From the NCBI GenBank assembly GCA_027324805.1, contig DAHVRZ010000003.1, forward strand, positions 1,294-65,293: a stretch of 64,000 bases of DNA. The letters run 5' to 3'. Within the stretch, counting starts at the first letter, position 1, and each line of letters opens with the position of its first letter. The DNA comes from Candidatus Parcubacteria bacterium. Lineage in GTDB: Bacteria; Patescibacteriota; Minisyncoccia; UBA6257; 2-01-FULL-56-20. A program made the translations under genes and the position numbers. The notes beneath the pieces were generated by a model that saw only the letters and a list, made by a program, of their open reading frames with translations, had not been told where the DNA came from and searched no databases. Positions 26,916 to 36,467 of the stretch are shown here, in pieces.

Positions 26916-28475
26916 ATGGAACTTTCTGCGGTAAAAACCGTGGCACCAAGCCTTGCGACCGAACCCGCGCTTGCTCCGGCAGAGGAGGATGAAAAGGTGC
27001 GCGTTCGCATCGCTCCGAGCCCGACGGGACCTCTCCATATCGGTACCGCTCGCACAGCCCTCTTTAATTGGCTTTTTGCCCGCCAGCAAGGCGGCAAATT
27101 TATTCTGCGCATCGAAGATACGGACAAGGAACGCTCCGAGAAGCAATATGAGCAGATGATCTTCGATGGCCTTTCCTGGCTCGGTTTCGATTGGGACGAA
27201 GGGCCGACCCTGAATACCGACGGGACCATCGGTCCGGACAAGGGCGCATTCGGTCCATATCGGCAGAGCGAACGAACCGCCATCTACCGCAAATACATCC
27301 AGGAACTTCTTGAAAAAGGGGAGGCGTATTATTGTTATTGCACCAAAGAGGATATTGAAGCCCAGCGGCAGGCGATGCTTGAGGCCGGCCTTCCGCCGCG
27401 CTACAGCGGTCATTGCCGCAACCTTACGCCGCCGCCCGACCGGAAGCCCGAAGTGATCCGTTTTAAGATACCGGAGATAAAAGTGGAGTTCACTGACATG
27501 ATTCACGGCAAAGCGTCGTTCGATGCCGCACTGCTCGGCGACCAGGTGATCGCGAAGGACCTCGATACGCCGCTCTATAATTTTGCGGTCGTGGTGGACG
27601 ATGCGCTCATGAGGATAACGCACGTCATCCGCGGTGACGATCATTTTTCGAATACACCGAAACAGATTCTCGTTCAACGCGCGCTTGGATTCCCGACGCC
27701 GCAATACGCCCATTTGCCGCTCATCCTGAACCCTGACCGGAGCAAGATGTCCAAACGGTTTTCTGACGTCGCACTCGCAAACTACCGCGAGCGGGGTTAC
27801 CTGCCCGATGCAATAGTCAATTTCCTCGGCCTCCTTGGCTGGCATCCGAAGGATGACCATGAGATATTCGACCGTGCGTTCGCGGTGGCGAATTTCGATA
27901 TCGCGCGCGTACAGAAGACCGGCGCCATCTTCAATGAGGAGAAGCTTGACTGGTTGAACCGCGAACATATGAAGGCCATGCCGATCGGTGAATTGGCCGC
28001 GCTCGTGAAGCCTTTCTTCGCAAAGGCCGGCATCGAAACCGCCGCGGCGGAGGTCCTCGATGATGGAAACGGATCAATGTTCGAACGGGCGGTTGCACTC
28101 CAGCTCGCCCGGGCTAAGACGCTTGCCGAGATCGCGGAGTCGGCCCGATTCCTTTTTGTGATGCCTTCCTACGAGCCAAAACTCCTGTGCTGGAAAGATT
28201 CTGCGCCGAACGATGCGCAGGACGCGCTTCGTGATGCCCAACAGGCGCTCACCGAACTTGATCAAGCGGGATTTTCATCTCGCGAAGCGCTCATGAATGC
28301 GCTCGCGCCCGCGACCGACGCACGAGGCAGGGGAGCGGTACTCTGGCCGCTCCGCGTTTCGCTCTCCGGCCAAAGCGCGTCTCCCGACCCCATGGAGATC
28401 ATGCAGGTTCTCGGTAAAACCGAATCGCTTAGGCGGATCGCGTCCGCGATCGCCGCGCTCGGATCAATGGGATAG
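26916..28475 (+). CDS. gltX: Glutamate-tRNA ligase
   Basis: RIAPSPTGPLHIG (HIGH), LRIEDTD, SKMSKR (KMSKS). Confidence 0.96.
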   Translation: MELSAVKTVAPSLATEPALAPAEEDEKVRVRIAPSPTGPLHIGTARTALFNWLFARQQGGKFILRIEDTDKERSEKQYEQMIFDGLSWLGFDWDEGPTLNTDGTIGPDKGAFGPYRQSERTAIYRKYIQELLEKGEAYYCYCTKEDIEAQRQAMLEAGLPPRYSGHCRNLTPPPDRKPEVIRFKIPEIKVEFTDMIHGKASFDAALLGDQVIAKDLDTPLYNFAVVVDDALMRITHVIRGDDHFSNTPKQILVQRALGFPTPQYAHLPLILNPDRSKMSKRFSDVALANYRERGYLPDAIVNFLGLLGWHPKDDHEIFDRAFAVANFDIARVQKTGAIFNEEKLDWLNREHMKAMPIGELAALVKPFFAKAGIETAAAEVLDDGNGSMFERAVALQLARAKTLAEIAESARFLFVMPSYEPKLLCWKDSAPNDAQDALRDAQQALTELDQAGFSSREALMNALAPATDARGRGAVLWPLRVSLSGQSASPDPMEIMQVLGKTESLRRIASAIAALGSMG

Positions 28476-28522
28476 AGAGATTGTCGTATCAGTAAAAACG
28501 TTCTATCATAATTTCATAGGCA

Positions 28523-29014
28523 ATGAACAAAACTTTTCCCGCGTTCGTTGCGTCGGTTATCGCAGCTATGCCGCTGGTCGTTTTTATTGTGTTTGTGGGT
28601 GCAGTTCCGAAAGAGGCTCACGCGTATGCCGTAGGACCCGTCGCCCCATCCGCGAACAATTCCGGAGCTCCCATCGGCCAGGGATACGATTTTACGAACT
28701 CATTTCAGAATCTTGTATCGTCATTTACATCATTTTTTAACAACATCAAAAGTACCAACAGCACCCTATCGATCTCCGGCAATTCCGCAGGGACATCGAA
28801 CGGCGTGCCGCAAGGCGTCACGGTCACCGTGGATTGGCAATCGTATTTGAGTCGTTTCGATACATGGTTCTATGGCGCGACCGGCGTGAATATAGGAGGG
28901 CTGACCAATTTCGTGATCAACTTTTTCGCTTGGTTGTTCGGGATGCTACAAGGGGTTGTGGCATGGATTGCTAATTTTCTTACCGGAGCTATTCGACAGA
29001 CCAGCGGGGCATAA
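28523..29014 (+). CDS. Secreted/membrane hypothetical protein
   Basis: Signal peptide ending AHA-YA, Ser/Asn/Thr-rich middle, amphipathic C-terminal helix. Confidence 0.7.
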   Translation: MNKTFPAFVASVIAAMPLVVFIVFVGAVPKEAHAYAVGPVAPSANNSGAPIGQGYDFTNSFQNLVSSFTSFFNNIKSTNSTLSISGNSAGTSNGVPQGVTVTVDWQSYLSRFDTWFYGATGVNIGGLTNFVINFFAWLFGMLQGVVAWIANFLTGAIRQTSGA

Positions 29015-29156
29015 GTTTCTCCTTTTTCATTCGCGCCTGAATATATGTCGTAAAATATATCTTGTGCGACAGATAGTATTTTGCGATTAGCTCTTTTCCC
29101 TTTTGATCCTGGCAACCTATTTTATAAGGATTGCTGAATCATATATAATTACCGCA

Positions 29157-30569
29157 ATGATTTCACAAAAAAACCATTCTCCGCAACGATCGGCATATTT
29201 CATCGGTATTGGCGGTATTGGGATAAGCTATCTCGCCCGCTATTTGGCAGATAAAGGATGGCGCGTTTCCGGTTCCGATGCCCAAAGGAGTTCCATCACC
29301 AATGAACTCAATAAAGAAGGTATAAAGGTTAAAATTGGGCACAGTAAGGCCGATTTTGGCCTCAAAACGGCCCCAGGAGAGGTTTTTGACCGCATTATCT
29401 ATAATAGAGCCATTCGACCGGATAACCCCGAATTTAAGGCTGCCCATAAGGCGAATATACCCCTTATTCCCTATGCCGAGGCACTCGGGGAGATTACGCA
29501 ACAATATGAAACTATTGCCATAACCGGATCGCATGGGAAAAGCACGACCACCGCGTTGTCGGCGGTGACGCTTATACGTGCCAAACTCGATCCGACGGTC
29601 TTTGTGGGCACAAAGTTGCCGGATCTTGGGGGTAGGAATATTCGCATCGGTAAGAGCAAATGGCTCGTCCTTGAGGCCGACGATTACCAGGCTGCATTTC
29701 TCAGTTACTCCCCTTCGATCGCGATCGTCACGAATATTGACCGCGAGCACATGGATTTCTATAAAACATTCGTGAACGTAAAACGCGCGTTCCTTGGGTT
29801 CCTCGCTCGTACGCGACAAGGAGGCACGCTCATCCTGAACAGGGATGACGCGCCGCTATGGTCGCTCCGTGCAAAAATCACGGTCCTTGCCAAAAAAAAT
29901 GCGCTCACGGTGATTTGGTATTCCCGTACCGATGCGGTGGCGGCGCGCGTTAAAAAGCATCTTTCCCTTTCCGGCCCGCACAACCTTTCGAATGCGCTCG
30001 CCGCGTATGCTCTCGGGAGACGGTTGAATATTCCGCAGACGAAGATACTCGCCGCGCTTCACTCCTATCGCGGCGCATGGCGGCGGATGGAATACCGCGG
30101 CGACGTAAAAATGGGCGTGACATCGGTGAAGATATTCGACGATTATGCGCACCATCCATCGGAGATCAAAGCTACCATCGCCGCATTCCGCGAAAAGTTT
30201 CCGCATGCGCCGCTCCTTGTGGCATTCCAGCCGCATCAGGCCCGCCGTCTCGAGGTGCTTTTCAAGGAATTCCAGGGTGCATTCGATGGCGCGGATGTGG
30301 TATGGATCTCGCCCATCTATAAGGTGGCCGGTCGGGATGAAGACGCAAGGCTCGATTCGGCCGCTCTCGTCCGCGCCATACAGAAGCGTTCCCCTGCTCG
30401 ACTCGTGTTCTATCTCGAGGATCTGAAGCGTCTCGGTATCGCGCTAAAAGAAATCATTGCCACTCCCCTTTTTCGGAATCAAAAGCAGGCAGTGCTCGTT
30501 ATGATGGGTGCCGGAAATATCGTTGGGCAGACTGACGGATTGCTGCTGAAACACAACTATAAAAAATGA
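29157..30569 (+). CDS. murC: UDP-N-acetylmuramate-L-alanine ligase
   Basis: FIGIGGIGIS, ITGSHGKSTTT, TNIDREHMD, DDYAHHPSE, FQPH; TATAAT 7 nt before ATG 29157. Confidence 0.94.
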   Translation: MISQKNHSPQRSAYFIGIGGIGISYLARYLADKGWRVSGSDAQRSSITNELNKEGIKVKIGHSKADFGLKTAPGEVFDRIIYNRAIRPDNPEFKAAHKANIPLIPYAEALGEITQQYETIAITGSHGKSTTTALSAVTLIRAKLDPTVFVGTKLPDLGGRNIRIGKSKWLVLEADDYQAAFLSYSPSIAIVTNIDREHMDFYKTFVNVKRAFLGFLARTRQGGTLILNRDDAPLWSLRAKITVLAKKNALTVIWYSRTDAVAARVKKHLSLSGPHNLSNALAAYALGRRLNIPQTKILAALHSYRGAWRRMEYRGDVKMGVTSVKIFDDYAHHPSEIKATIAAFREKFPHAPLLVAFQPHQARRLEVLFKEFQGAFDGADVVWISPIYKVAGRDEDARLDSAALVRAIQKRSPARLVFYLEDLKRLGIALKEIIATPLFRNQKQAVLVMMGAGNIVGQTDGLLLKHNYKK

Positions 30570-31333
30570 TCGAAGATCCGAAGACACTCGAAGAATTCAA
30601 GGAACAATCAGGGTACATCATTGATGATCTATGGTATCCGCGTGTCACAAAGATCGTGACGATCAAGGCAAAGCCGGCGCTCTATTATTACTATGGCGAA
30701 GCGAAAAGCTACAAGGCGGCGCAGCTCGCGACGGAGCAATCCGCGCGCGAAGGCACGATGATCCATGAAGCGGTCGAAGGGCTGCTCCTCGACAAGAATC
30801 CGCAGGTTCCAGCCGCTATCGTGCCGGCGGTCAAGTCGTTCAGTGCATTCATGATGGCAAATCGGATCGAGGTGGCACCGGAGCTCGTTGAGCGGCGCAT
30901 CGTGAATTACGATCATCGTTACGCGGGTACTGTGGATGCAATCGCACGGATCGGCGGAAAGCTTGGCGTACTTGATATAAAAACATCGGCGTCCGTATAT
31001 CGCGACTATTCCCTCCAGACATCGGCATATATGGATGCGTTGAAGGACGAATTCCCGGAACTTTCCACTCGCTGGATCCTGCGTATCGACCAGATCCAAC
31101 GGTGCGTGCAATGCAATGCAATGCGGCGCGTAAAAGGAGGGGTTGAGAAAGTGAAAGTTGATTGGCGCGATCCCGCTATGCGTCGATGCATCCACGAGTG
31201 GGGTGATCCGTTCGGCGAGATCGAGCTTAAAGAATTTCCCGGCTGGCAGAATGATTTCCTCGCATTTTTGGGTGCAAAAAAGCTTTGGGAATGGGAGAAC
31301 GAGGACTGGCTCACCAAGGCGGGATACCTTTGA
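30566..31333 (+). CDS. PD-(D/E)XK nuclease-family protein
   Basis: YPRVTKI, GTMIHEAVE, YAGTVDAI, VLDIKTS, LQTSAY; ATGA overlap with murC. Confidence 0.8.
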   Translation: MIEDPKTLEEFKEQSGYIIDDLWYPRVTKIVTIKAKPALYYYYGEAKSYKAAQLATEQSAREGTMIHEAVEGLLLDKNPQVPAAIVPAVKSFSAFMMANRIEVAPELVERRIVNYDHRYAGTVDAIARIGGKLGVLDIKTSASVYRDYSLQTSAYMDALKDEFPELSTRWILRIDQIQRCVQCNAMRRVKGGVEKVKVDWRDPAMRRCIHEWGDPFGEIELKEFPGWQNDFLAFLGAKKLWEWENEDWLTKAGYL

Positions 31334-31487
31334 AACACCGGAGGGCTCCATAGCGTATAATAAAAAGGAACAGCCGGAGTTTTAATGCCTTTCAAAGGTC
31401 GACAAAACAGAAAAGCAAAGGCATTGGCACCCCGACTTTTGAGTTTTTGGTCTTAAAACCCTTAATTAACCCCTATCTACTTAAACC

Positions 31488-31772
31488 ATGCGAAAGACCA
31501 TCCTTTGGGCGATTATAGCCATTATTGTGGTCGGCGGCGGAATATGGTGGTGGGCGGCGACCAGGAATCCCGCTGCGTCACCTTCCAATCCCCCGCTCTC
31601 GACGAATCAAGCAACAAATCCGGTTCCTACATCTTCCCTTCCCCAGGGCAACTCCAATCAGGCGATCTCTCAGGAAATGACGAGTATCAATGCGCAGATG
31701 AATGGCCTCAGTTCCGACACGGCCAACATCAGCTCCAGCCTGAACGATCAGCCGATACAGCAGGCGCAATAA
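31488..31772 (+). CDS. Small membrane-anchored protein
   Basis: N-terminal TM (IIVVGGGIWWW), Pro/Ser/Asn linker, short helix. Confidence 0.7.
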   Translation: MRKTILWAIIAIIVVGGGIWWWAATRNPAASPSNPPLSTNQATNPVPTSSLPQGNSNQAISQEMTSINAQMNGLSSDTANISSSLNDQPIQQAQ

Positions 31773-31778
31773 CGAACC

Positions 31779-32696
31779 ATGCATACCATGAACAAACAAT
31801 TCATCCATAAATTAGCGGGAATGGCCGCAGGTACGGCATTGCTTGCCGCCGGAGCGGCCATGCCGGCATTTGCCGTGACTGCGAACGTCGGCGCCGGGCT
31901 TGGCGCATCTGCGGGAATTTCCACGAGTGCCCCCGGTATCGGTCACGAACGCGCCGGTCTGTCGGCGAATGCGAGTGGCACGATCGGCATCGGCATTAAA
32001 GGAGCCTCGGTAACGACGATAATGAAGCGCGCGAATGAGGAGATCACTCGCCGCATTACGGCTCTTAATAATCTCAGTGTGCGCATAGGAGCTATGGTGC
32101 GATTGTCCAGCGGTGAACGGGAGAATCTTTCCTCTGCTATTGGGTCGCAGATTGCAGCGCTCAACGCGTTAAAAACGAAGATCGACGCCGATGTGTCCGC
32201 CAATAACACAACGACGCTTAAAGCGGATGTGCAATCGATTATAACGTCGTATCGCACTTTCATGCTTGTCATTCCGCAGGGCGCCATTGAAGCGGCCGCG
32301 GATCGGATACTCTCCATTTCCGGGATAATGAGTGACTTGAGCACCAAGCTTTCGTCTCGCATTTCCGCGGCGGCAGCCGCGGGCAATAATGTAAGCGCAT
32401 CGCAGACGGCACTTGCGGACATGAATGCGAAGCTATCCGATGCGAATACACAGGTACAGGCCGCCAATGCAGAGGTGGTGTCCCTCACTTCCGACAATGG
32501 GAGTTCAACGATAATGCAGGCGAACACCGCAGCACTGCAGGATGCGCGTGCCAAAATCGTCGCATCCCAGCACGACCTTATCGCCGCGCGGACCGATGCA
32601 ATGACGATCATCAAAGCGCTCGGCGGCTATAAGGTTCCGGTAAGCGCTACGACGACGGCAACGGTTTCATCTTCCGCCTCGACGAGCGCTCACTAA
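31779..32696 (+). CDS. Secreted Ala-rich helical/coiled-coil protein
   Basis: Signal peptide (MPAFA), long heptad-like Ala/Ser/Leu helices. Confidence 0.8.
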   Translation: MHTMNKQFIHKLAGMAAGTALLAAGAAMPAFAVTANVGAGLGASAGISTSAPGIGHERAGLSANASGTIGIGIKGASVTTIMKRANEEITRRITALNNLSVRIGAMVRLSSGERENLSSAIGSQIAALNALKTKIDADVSANNTTTLKADVQSIITSYRTFMLVIPQGAIEAAADRILSISGIMSDLSTKLSSRISAAAAAGNNVSASQTALADMNAKLSDANTQVQAANAEVVSLTSDNGSSTIMQANTAALQDARAKIVASQHDLIAARTDAMTIIKALGGYKVPVSATTTATVSSSASTSAH

Positions 32697-32718
32697 AAGA
32701 ACCGTTCGTTGACCGGAT

Positions 32719-32747
32719 AAAAAAGCCGCCGAAGGGCGGCTTTTTTT
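32719..32747. terminator. Bidirectional Rho-independent terminator
   Basis: A6-GCCGCC-GAAG-GGCGGC-T7 between convergent genes. Confidence 0.85.
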
Positions 32748-32764
32748 ATGACCCGTTATATTAT

Positions 32765-33463
32765 TTATTGCCAGACCTCGGTGATGGGGATCGTCGATGT
32801 CGATTTCACAATGGGCATTCCTGATGTCGAATTTGCGGGCGCTGCGGCTATCGTTCCCACCTCCGCCGTCCAAACACTCGAAGAATTATTGATAGTGAAG
32901 ATATTCAGATCGCTTCCAAGCGGACCCGGTGCACATCCAAAAGAAGGAATATCGCCGCTTTGGGTTATGGGAAGGGTCCCGGTGTAGGGCGAGCAAAGCG
33001 TACCTCCTTGCAGTTCGATCAGCCATGCATTGTCGGAAGGCTGGTTGCCTTGTACTGGCTGTGACGCGGGAAGTGGTTTTGTGAGGGCGAGAACGAACGT
33101 CGAAGTGGAAGCGGGATCCAACGGATTTACATTGCAAAGCAATTTTTGCTGTCCGGGAATCTGGAAGCATGGATCACTGACCGCATTGCCGACCGTACAT
33201 CGCCAAGCGTCGCCTCGAAACGGTGCCGAGATGGAATTGGTCCAGCAGGACCCTTGATGAACAGGGGTGGAGCTTGCCGGTATCGGTGCAACATATTGAA
33301 TGATCTGGGTTGCCGCCGAAGCGGGCGCGGTCGTTGCCGAATTCGAGGATGTCGCTGATGGCGATATGGGAGCGCTTACTGGTCCCGCGAAAAATTCGCC
33401 GATGCCGAAAATGACGACAAGTACGAGAACGATGACGATGATGATTTTGTTCGTGTTCTTCAT
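32765..33463 (-). CDS. Membrane-anchored extracellular protein with six Cys
   Basis: N-terminal TM, Ser/Thr/Pro linker, GSCW...AWRC...DPCF domain. Confidence 0.75.
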   Translation of the reverse strand: MKNTNKIIIVIVLVLVVIFGIGEFFAGPVSAPISPSATSSNSATTAPASAATQIIQYVAPIPASSTPVHQGSCWTNSISAPFRGDAWRCTVGNAVSDPCFQIPGQQKLLCNVNPLDPASTSTFVLALTKPLPASQPVQGNQPSDNAWLIELQGGTLCSPYTGTLPITQSGDIPSFGCAPGPLGSDLNIFTINNSSSVWTAEVGTIAAAPANSTSGMPIVKSTSTIPITEVWQ

Positions 33464-33482
33464 TGTGCGGATACCGGGGCGT

Positions 33483-34229
33483 TTATATGAACGTGAACGT
33501 GCTGATGATATTTTTCATGAGAGCGTCTATTGTTGCTCCGTTGAATGGTTTGAGATTATACGATTGCGGATAATTCATGATTTGTGCGGAATGGATGGTA
33601 TATTCGATCGCGTAGCATTTGCCGGCGTGAAGGGTCCGATAGCTTGTCGTATCATAATAATTCCCCGCCCCGGCATCGGATGACTTGAATACGGTGAAGG
33701 TAACGCCGTTGATGGTCGTCGTCGAAGTGGCGTTTTGCAACGGTCCCCCATTCGTATCGGGTACAAGACATTGCGCGACCGCCGTATTTGCACCACTCGC
33801 GCCGATGGTGAGGGTCGCATCAATGAAATTCGTTTGTGGCTCGAACGCCCGCGGAACGGTGAGCGTAAAATATTGGATACCTTTCGTGCTGTTTGAACCG
33901 AGGCGCCAATCTGTTGATGGTGCGGTTGAATAATTATCCTGCGTATCGAAATCAATCGGATAAGCGACACTAAAACCGCCGCGCGTGTTGTTGGTATCAG
34001 TTTGCCATTCGGACGGCGTCACATAATACGGAATAAGCGCACCGGACGTGGATTGCGTTTGAATCGCTGATAGGCCGGCCGAGGAAAGGAATTCACTATT
34101 GGCCTGTCCGGCCATTTGCCCGTACAGGATTCCGAGCCAAAGGCCGATGAACGGAAAAATCACAAACAACGCCATCGAAAGAGCTTTGGAATACCAGGTC
34201 ACCTTATGCCACTTTATTTTCATATTCAT
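33483..34229 (-). CDS. Membrane-anchored extracellular protein
   Basis: VTWYSKALSMALF TM segment, Thr-rich beta domain with a Cys pair; TGGTATAAT 6 nt before ATG. Confidence 0.75.
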   Translation of the reverse strand: MNMKIKWHKVTWYSKALSMALFVIFPFIGLWLGILYGQMAGQANSEFLSSAGLSAIQTQSTSGALIPYYVTPSEWQTDTNNTRGGFSVAYPIDFDTQDNYSTAPSTDWRLGSNSTKGIQYFTLTVPRAFEPQTNFIDATLTIGASGANTAVAQCLVPDTNGGPLQNATSTTTINGVTFTVFKSSDAGAGNYYDTTSYRTLHAGKCYAIEYTIHSAQIMNYPQSYNLKPFNGATIDALMKNIISTFTFI

Positions 34230-34259
34230 TGAATTATTATACCATACCGCAGGATATCA

Positions 34260-34311
34260 TTGAAAAAAGGAGCCTTCTTGGATATGATATCCGCAGTTCC
34301 GCAATAGGAGG
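34260..34311 (+). promoter_or_regulatory. sigma70 promoter plus SD for ORF 34320-34733
   Basis: TTGAAA (34260-34265), 17 nt, TATGAT (34283-34288); AGGAGG 34306-34311. Confidence 0.55.
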
Positions 34312-34319
34312 TACGTTTT

Positions 34320-34733
34320 TTGATGCTGATAAAAACAGCAACCATCGTTCTTGCATTTGCATTCTTCGCCGCGCTTACGATGACGAAAAAGAGCGGCGGA
34401 CATCTCCGCCGGATGGGATATCCCCACAACGATCATCCCGTCTCTCGGCATAGACGATGGGGATTATGCACGGGCATGCTCATGGTGGTGACCGTGGGAT
34501 TCATCGAGGGATTTGTCGTACGGCGCTTCGGCAGGCAGCACACTCCCCTTTTTTGGATGCACCTTGTCCCCTCGATCGCATGCGCCGTCTTCTTCGTCCT
34601 TGCTGCCGTATTCAATGGCAGATGGAACGAAAATGATCCCTCGCTCCATCGTATATTCGGCACAATCGCGTGGTATTGCGGTATTGTATCACTGATACTC
34701 GGTGTTGCAGACATCGCTTGGCTCCATCCTTGA
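34320..34733 (+). CDS. Four-TM membrane protein with His residues (cytochrome b561-like?)
   Basis: Four hydrophobic helices; H in RHRRWG, WMHL and SLHRIFG; own SD. Confidence 0.6.
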   Translation: MMLIKTATIVLAFAFFAALTMTKKSGGHLRRMGYPHNDHPVSRHRRWGLCTGMLMVVTVGFIEGFVVRRFGRQHTPLFWMHLVPSIACAVFFVLAAVFNGRWNENDPSLHRIFGTIAWYCGIVSLILGVADIAWLHP

Positions 34734-34789
34734 AATTCCGGATGGGCCTTTTTTATCGTGAATCTCGTAAAAAACAGCTCAAAAGTGCG

Positions 34790-35536
34790 TCAGACCTGTA
34801 TCTTCGAGAAAGAATAACTTGCAAGGGCAAGGAACACTATCGTGACGGAACCAAGCACGACGAGGTCCATGCCGATACCGAATATGCCGTTGTTCACAAG
34901 CAGGATGCGGAATGAATCAATGCCATATGAGAGAGGATCGAATCTCACGATCCCCGCAAGCACGGTGGGCAATCCCTGAACCGGGAAAAGTGCGCCGGAA
35001 AGGAAGAAGAGCGGCATGACAAGGAAATTCATGATGAGTTGGAACCCCTGCATATCGTCGAGGTTTGATGCGACGAACGCGCCAAGCGCCGCAAAAAGGA
35101 GTGCTACAAGGAGCATGAAAAGAATGGCGACGGGAACAAGTCCCCAATTGGCCGGGCGAAAGCCGGCGATTATGACAATCACGAGGACGACGACCCCTTG
35201 GATCGTTGCGACGGTGGCGCCGCCGAGCGTTCGGCCAAACATGATGGCAAGGCGGTTCACCGGTGCGACGAGTGTTTCTTTGAGGAAGCCGAATTGTCGA
35301 TCCCAGATCATCTGAATGCCGGAGAAGATGGCGGTGAAAATAATACTCATACCGATAATGCCGGGTGCAAGAAAGTCGAAGTAGTTCCCCGCCCCCGCTT
35401 TCTGGAAGATCGGCCCAAGACCGTATCCCAATGCGAGCAGGAACAATATCGGCTGTCCAAGCGATCCGATGATGCGAGATTTCGATCGGAGATAGCGCTT
35501 TACTTCCCGCAGCCACATAATATAGATCGTTTTCAT
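34790..35536 (-). CDS. ABC-2 type (DrrB-like) transporter permease
   Basis: FLAPGIIGM, WDRQFGFLKETLVAPV, FFLSGALFP. Confidence 0.92.
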   Translation of the reverse strand: MKTIYIMWLREVKRYLRSKSRIIGSLGQPILFLLALGYGLGPIFQKAGAGNYFDFLAPGIIGMSIIFTAIFSGIQMIWDRQFGFLKETLVAPVNRLAIMFGRTLGGATVATIQGVVVLVIVIIAGFRPANWGLVPVAILFMLLVALLFAALGAFVASNLDDMQGFQLIMNFLVMPLFFLSGALFPVQGLPTVLAGIVRFDPLSYGIDSFRILLVNNGIFGIGMDLVVLGSVTIVFLALASYSFSKIQV

Positions 35537-35551
35537 GGTCGTATGGTCTTT

Positions 35552-36355
35552 TTATCGCCTGCCGCCTCTCCACATCCTTCCGTGGGCGCGCATTCGTTCC
35601 GTGACACTCGACTCTTCTTCGCGGATCACCCGCCCCGTAAGTTCAAGGAATGCGTCTTCAAGAGATTCCTTACCGGTCTTATCCTTGAGCTCCTGGGCGG
35701 TACCCATCGCGATGATTTTTCCATGGTCAATGATCGCAATCCGCTGTGCGATCCGTTCCGCTTCTTCCATGTAGTGCGTAGTGAAAAAGACGGTAATGCC
35801 TTCCGTTCTATTGAGCTCCTCGAGATAGCTCCACATATGGTTGCGCGTCTGCGGGTCAAGACCGAGCGTCGGTTCGTCGAGAAAAATCACGGCGGGATGA
35901 TGGAGTAGGCCTCGCGCGATCTCGAGACGGCGCTTCATGCCACCCGAAAATTCTTTGACAAGGCTTTTGCGGCGATCCCAGAGCTCCACGAATTCCATGA
36001 GTTGTTGTATCCGCTCTCGGCGGAGTTTCGTCGGAACGCCGTAAAGTACGCCGTGAAATTCCATATTTTCCTCTGCGGTGAGCTCGTCGTCGAGACTTGG
36101 ATCCTGGAATACGATGCCGAACGAATGGCGTACAGCATCGGGATCCGTGGCGGCATCGTTGCCATTAAGCGTTATTTCGCCGCCCGTAGGAGCGAGTATG
36201 GTAGTGAGCATCTTGATGGTGGTGGACTTCCCTGCCCCGTTCGGTCCCAGGAACGCGAATATCTCGCCTTTTTTGACATTAAACGAGATATCGTCCACGG
36301 CGGTGAAATCGCCGAAGCGTTTGACCAGATTCTTCACTTGAATGATGTCCTCCAT
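35552..36355 (-). CDS. ABC transporter ATP-binding protein (DrrA-like)
   Basis: GPNGAGKST, FSGGMKRRLE, FLDEPT, TTHYMEEA. Confidence 0.94.
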   Translation of the reverse strand: MEDIIQVKNLVKRFGDFTAVDDISFNVKKGEIFAFLGPNGAGKSTTIKMLTTILAPTGGEITLNGNDAATDPDAVRHSFGIVFQDPSLDDELTAEENMEFHGVLYGVPTKLRRERIQQLMEFVELWDRRKSLVKEFSGGMKRRLEIARGLLHHPAVIFLDEPTLGLDPQTRNHMWSYLEELNRTEGITVFFTTHYMEEAERIAQRIAIIDHGKIIAMGTAQELKDKTGKESLEDAFLELTGRVIREEESSVTERMRAHGRMWRGGRR

Positions 36356-36467
36356 ATTGCGTAAGTATGTTTATTATAATCTATAATTATTAAATTACTT
36401 AACTATCACTGTGGATAACTTTCTCAAGGGTTACAAAATACCGCTTCATATGGTATGATACGGCAAT

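Noticed and set aside
30566..31333. Cas4 / CRISPR locus
   Set aside because: No cas1/cas2, no repeat-spacer array seen anywhere in the window, and no four-Cys Cas4 cluster pattern
36410..36418. Replication origin
   Set aside because: Only one DnaA box, no dnaA/dnaN nearby, and global gene orientation converges rather than diverges here
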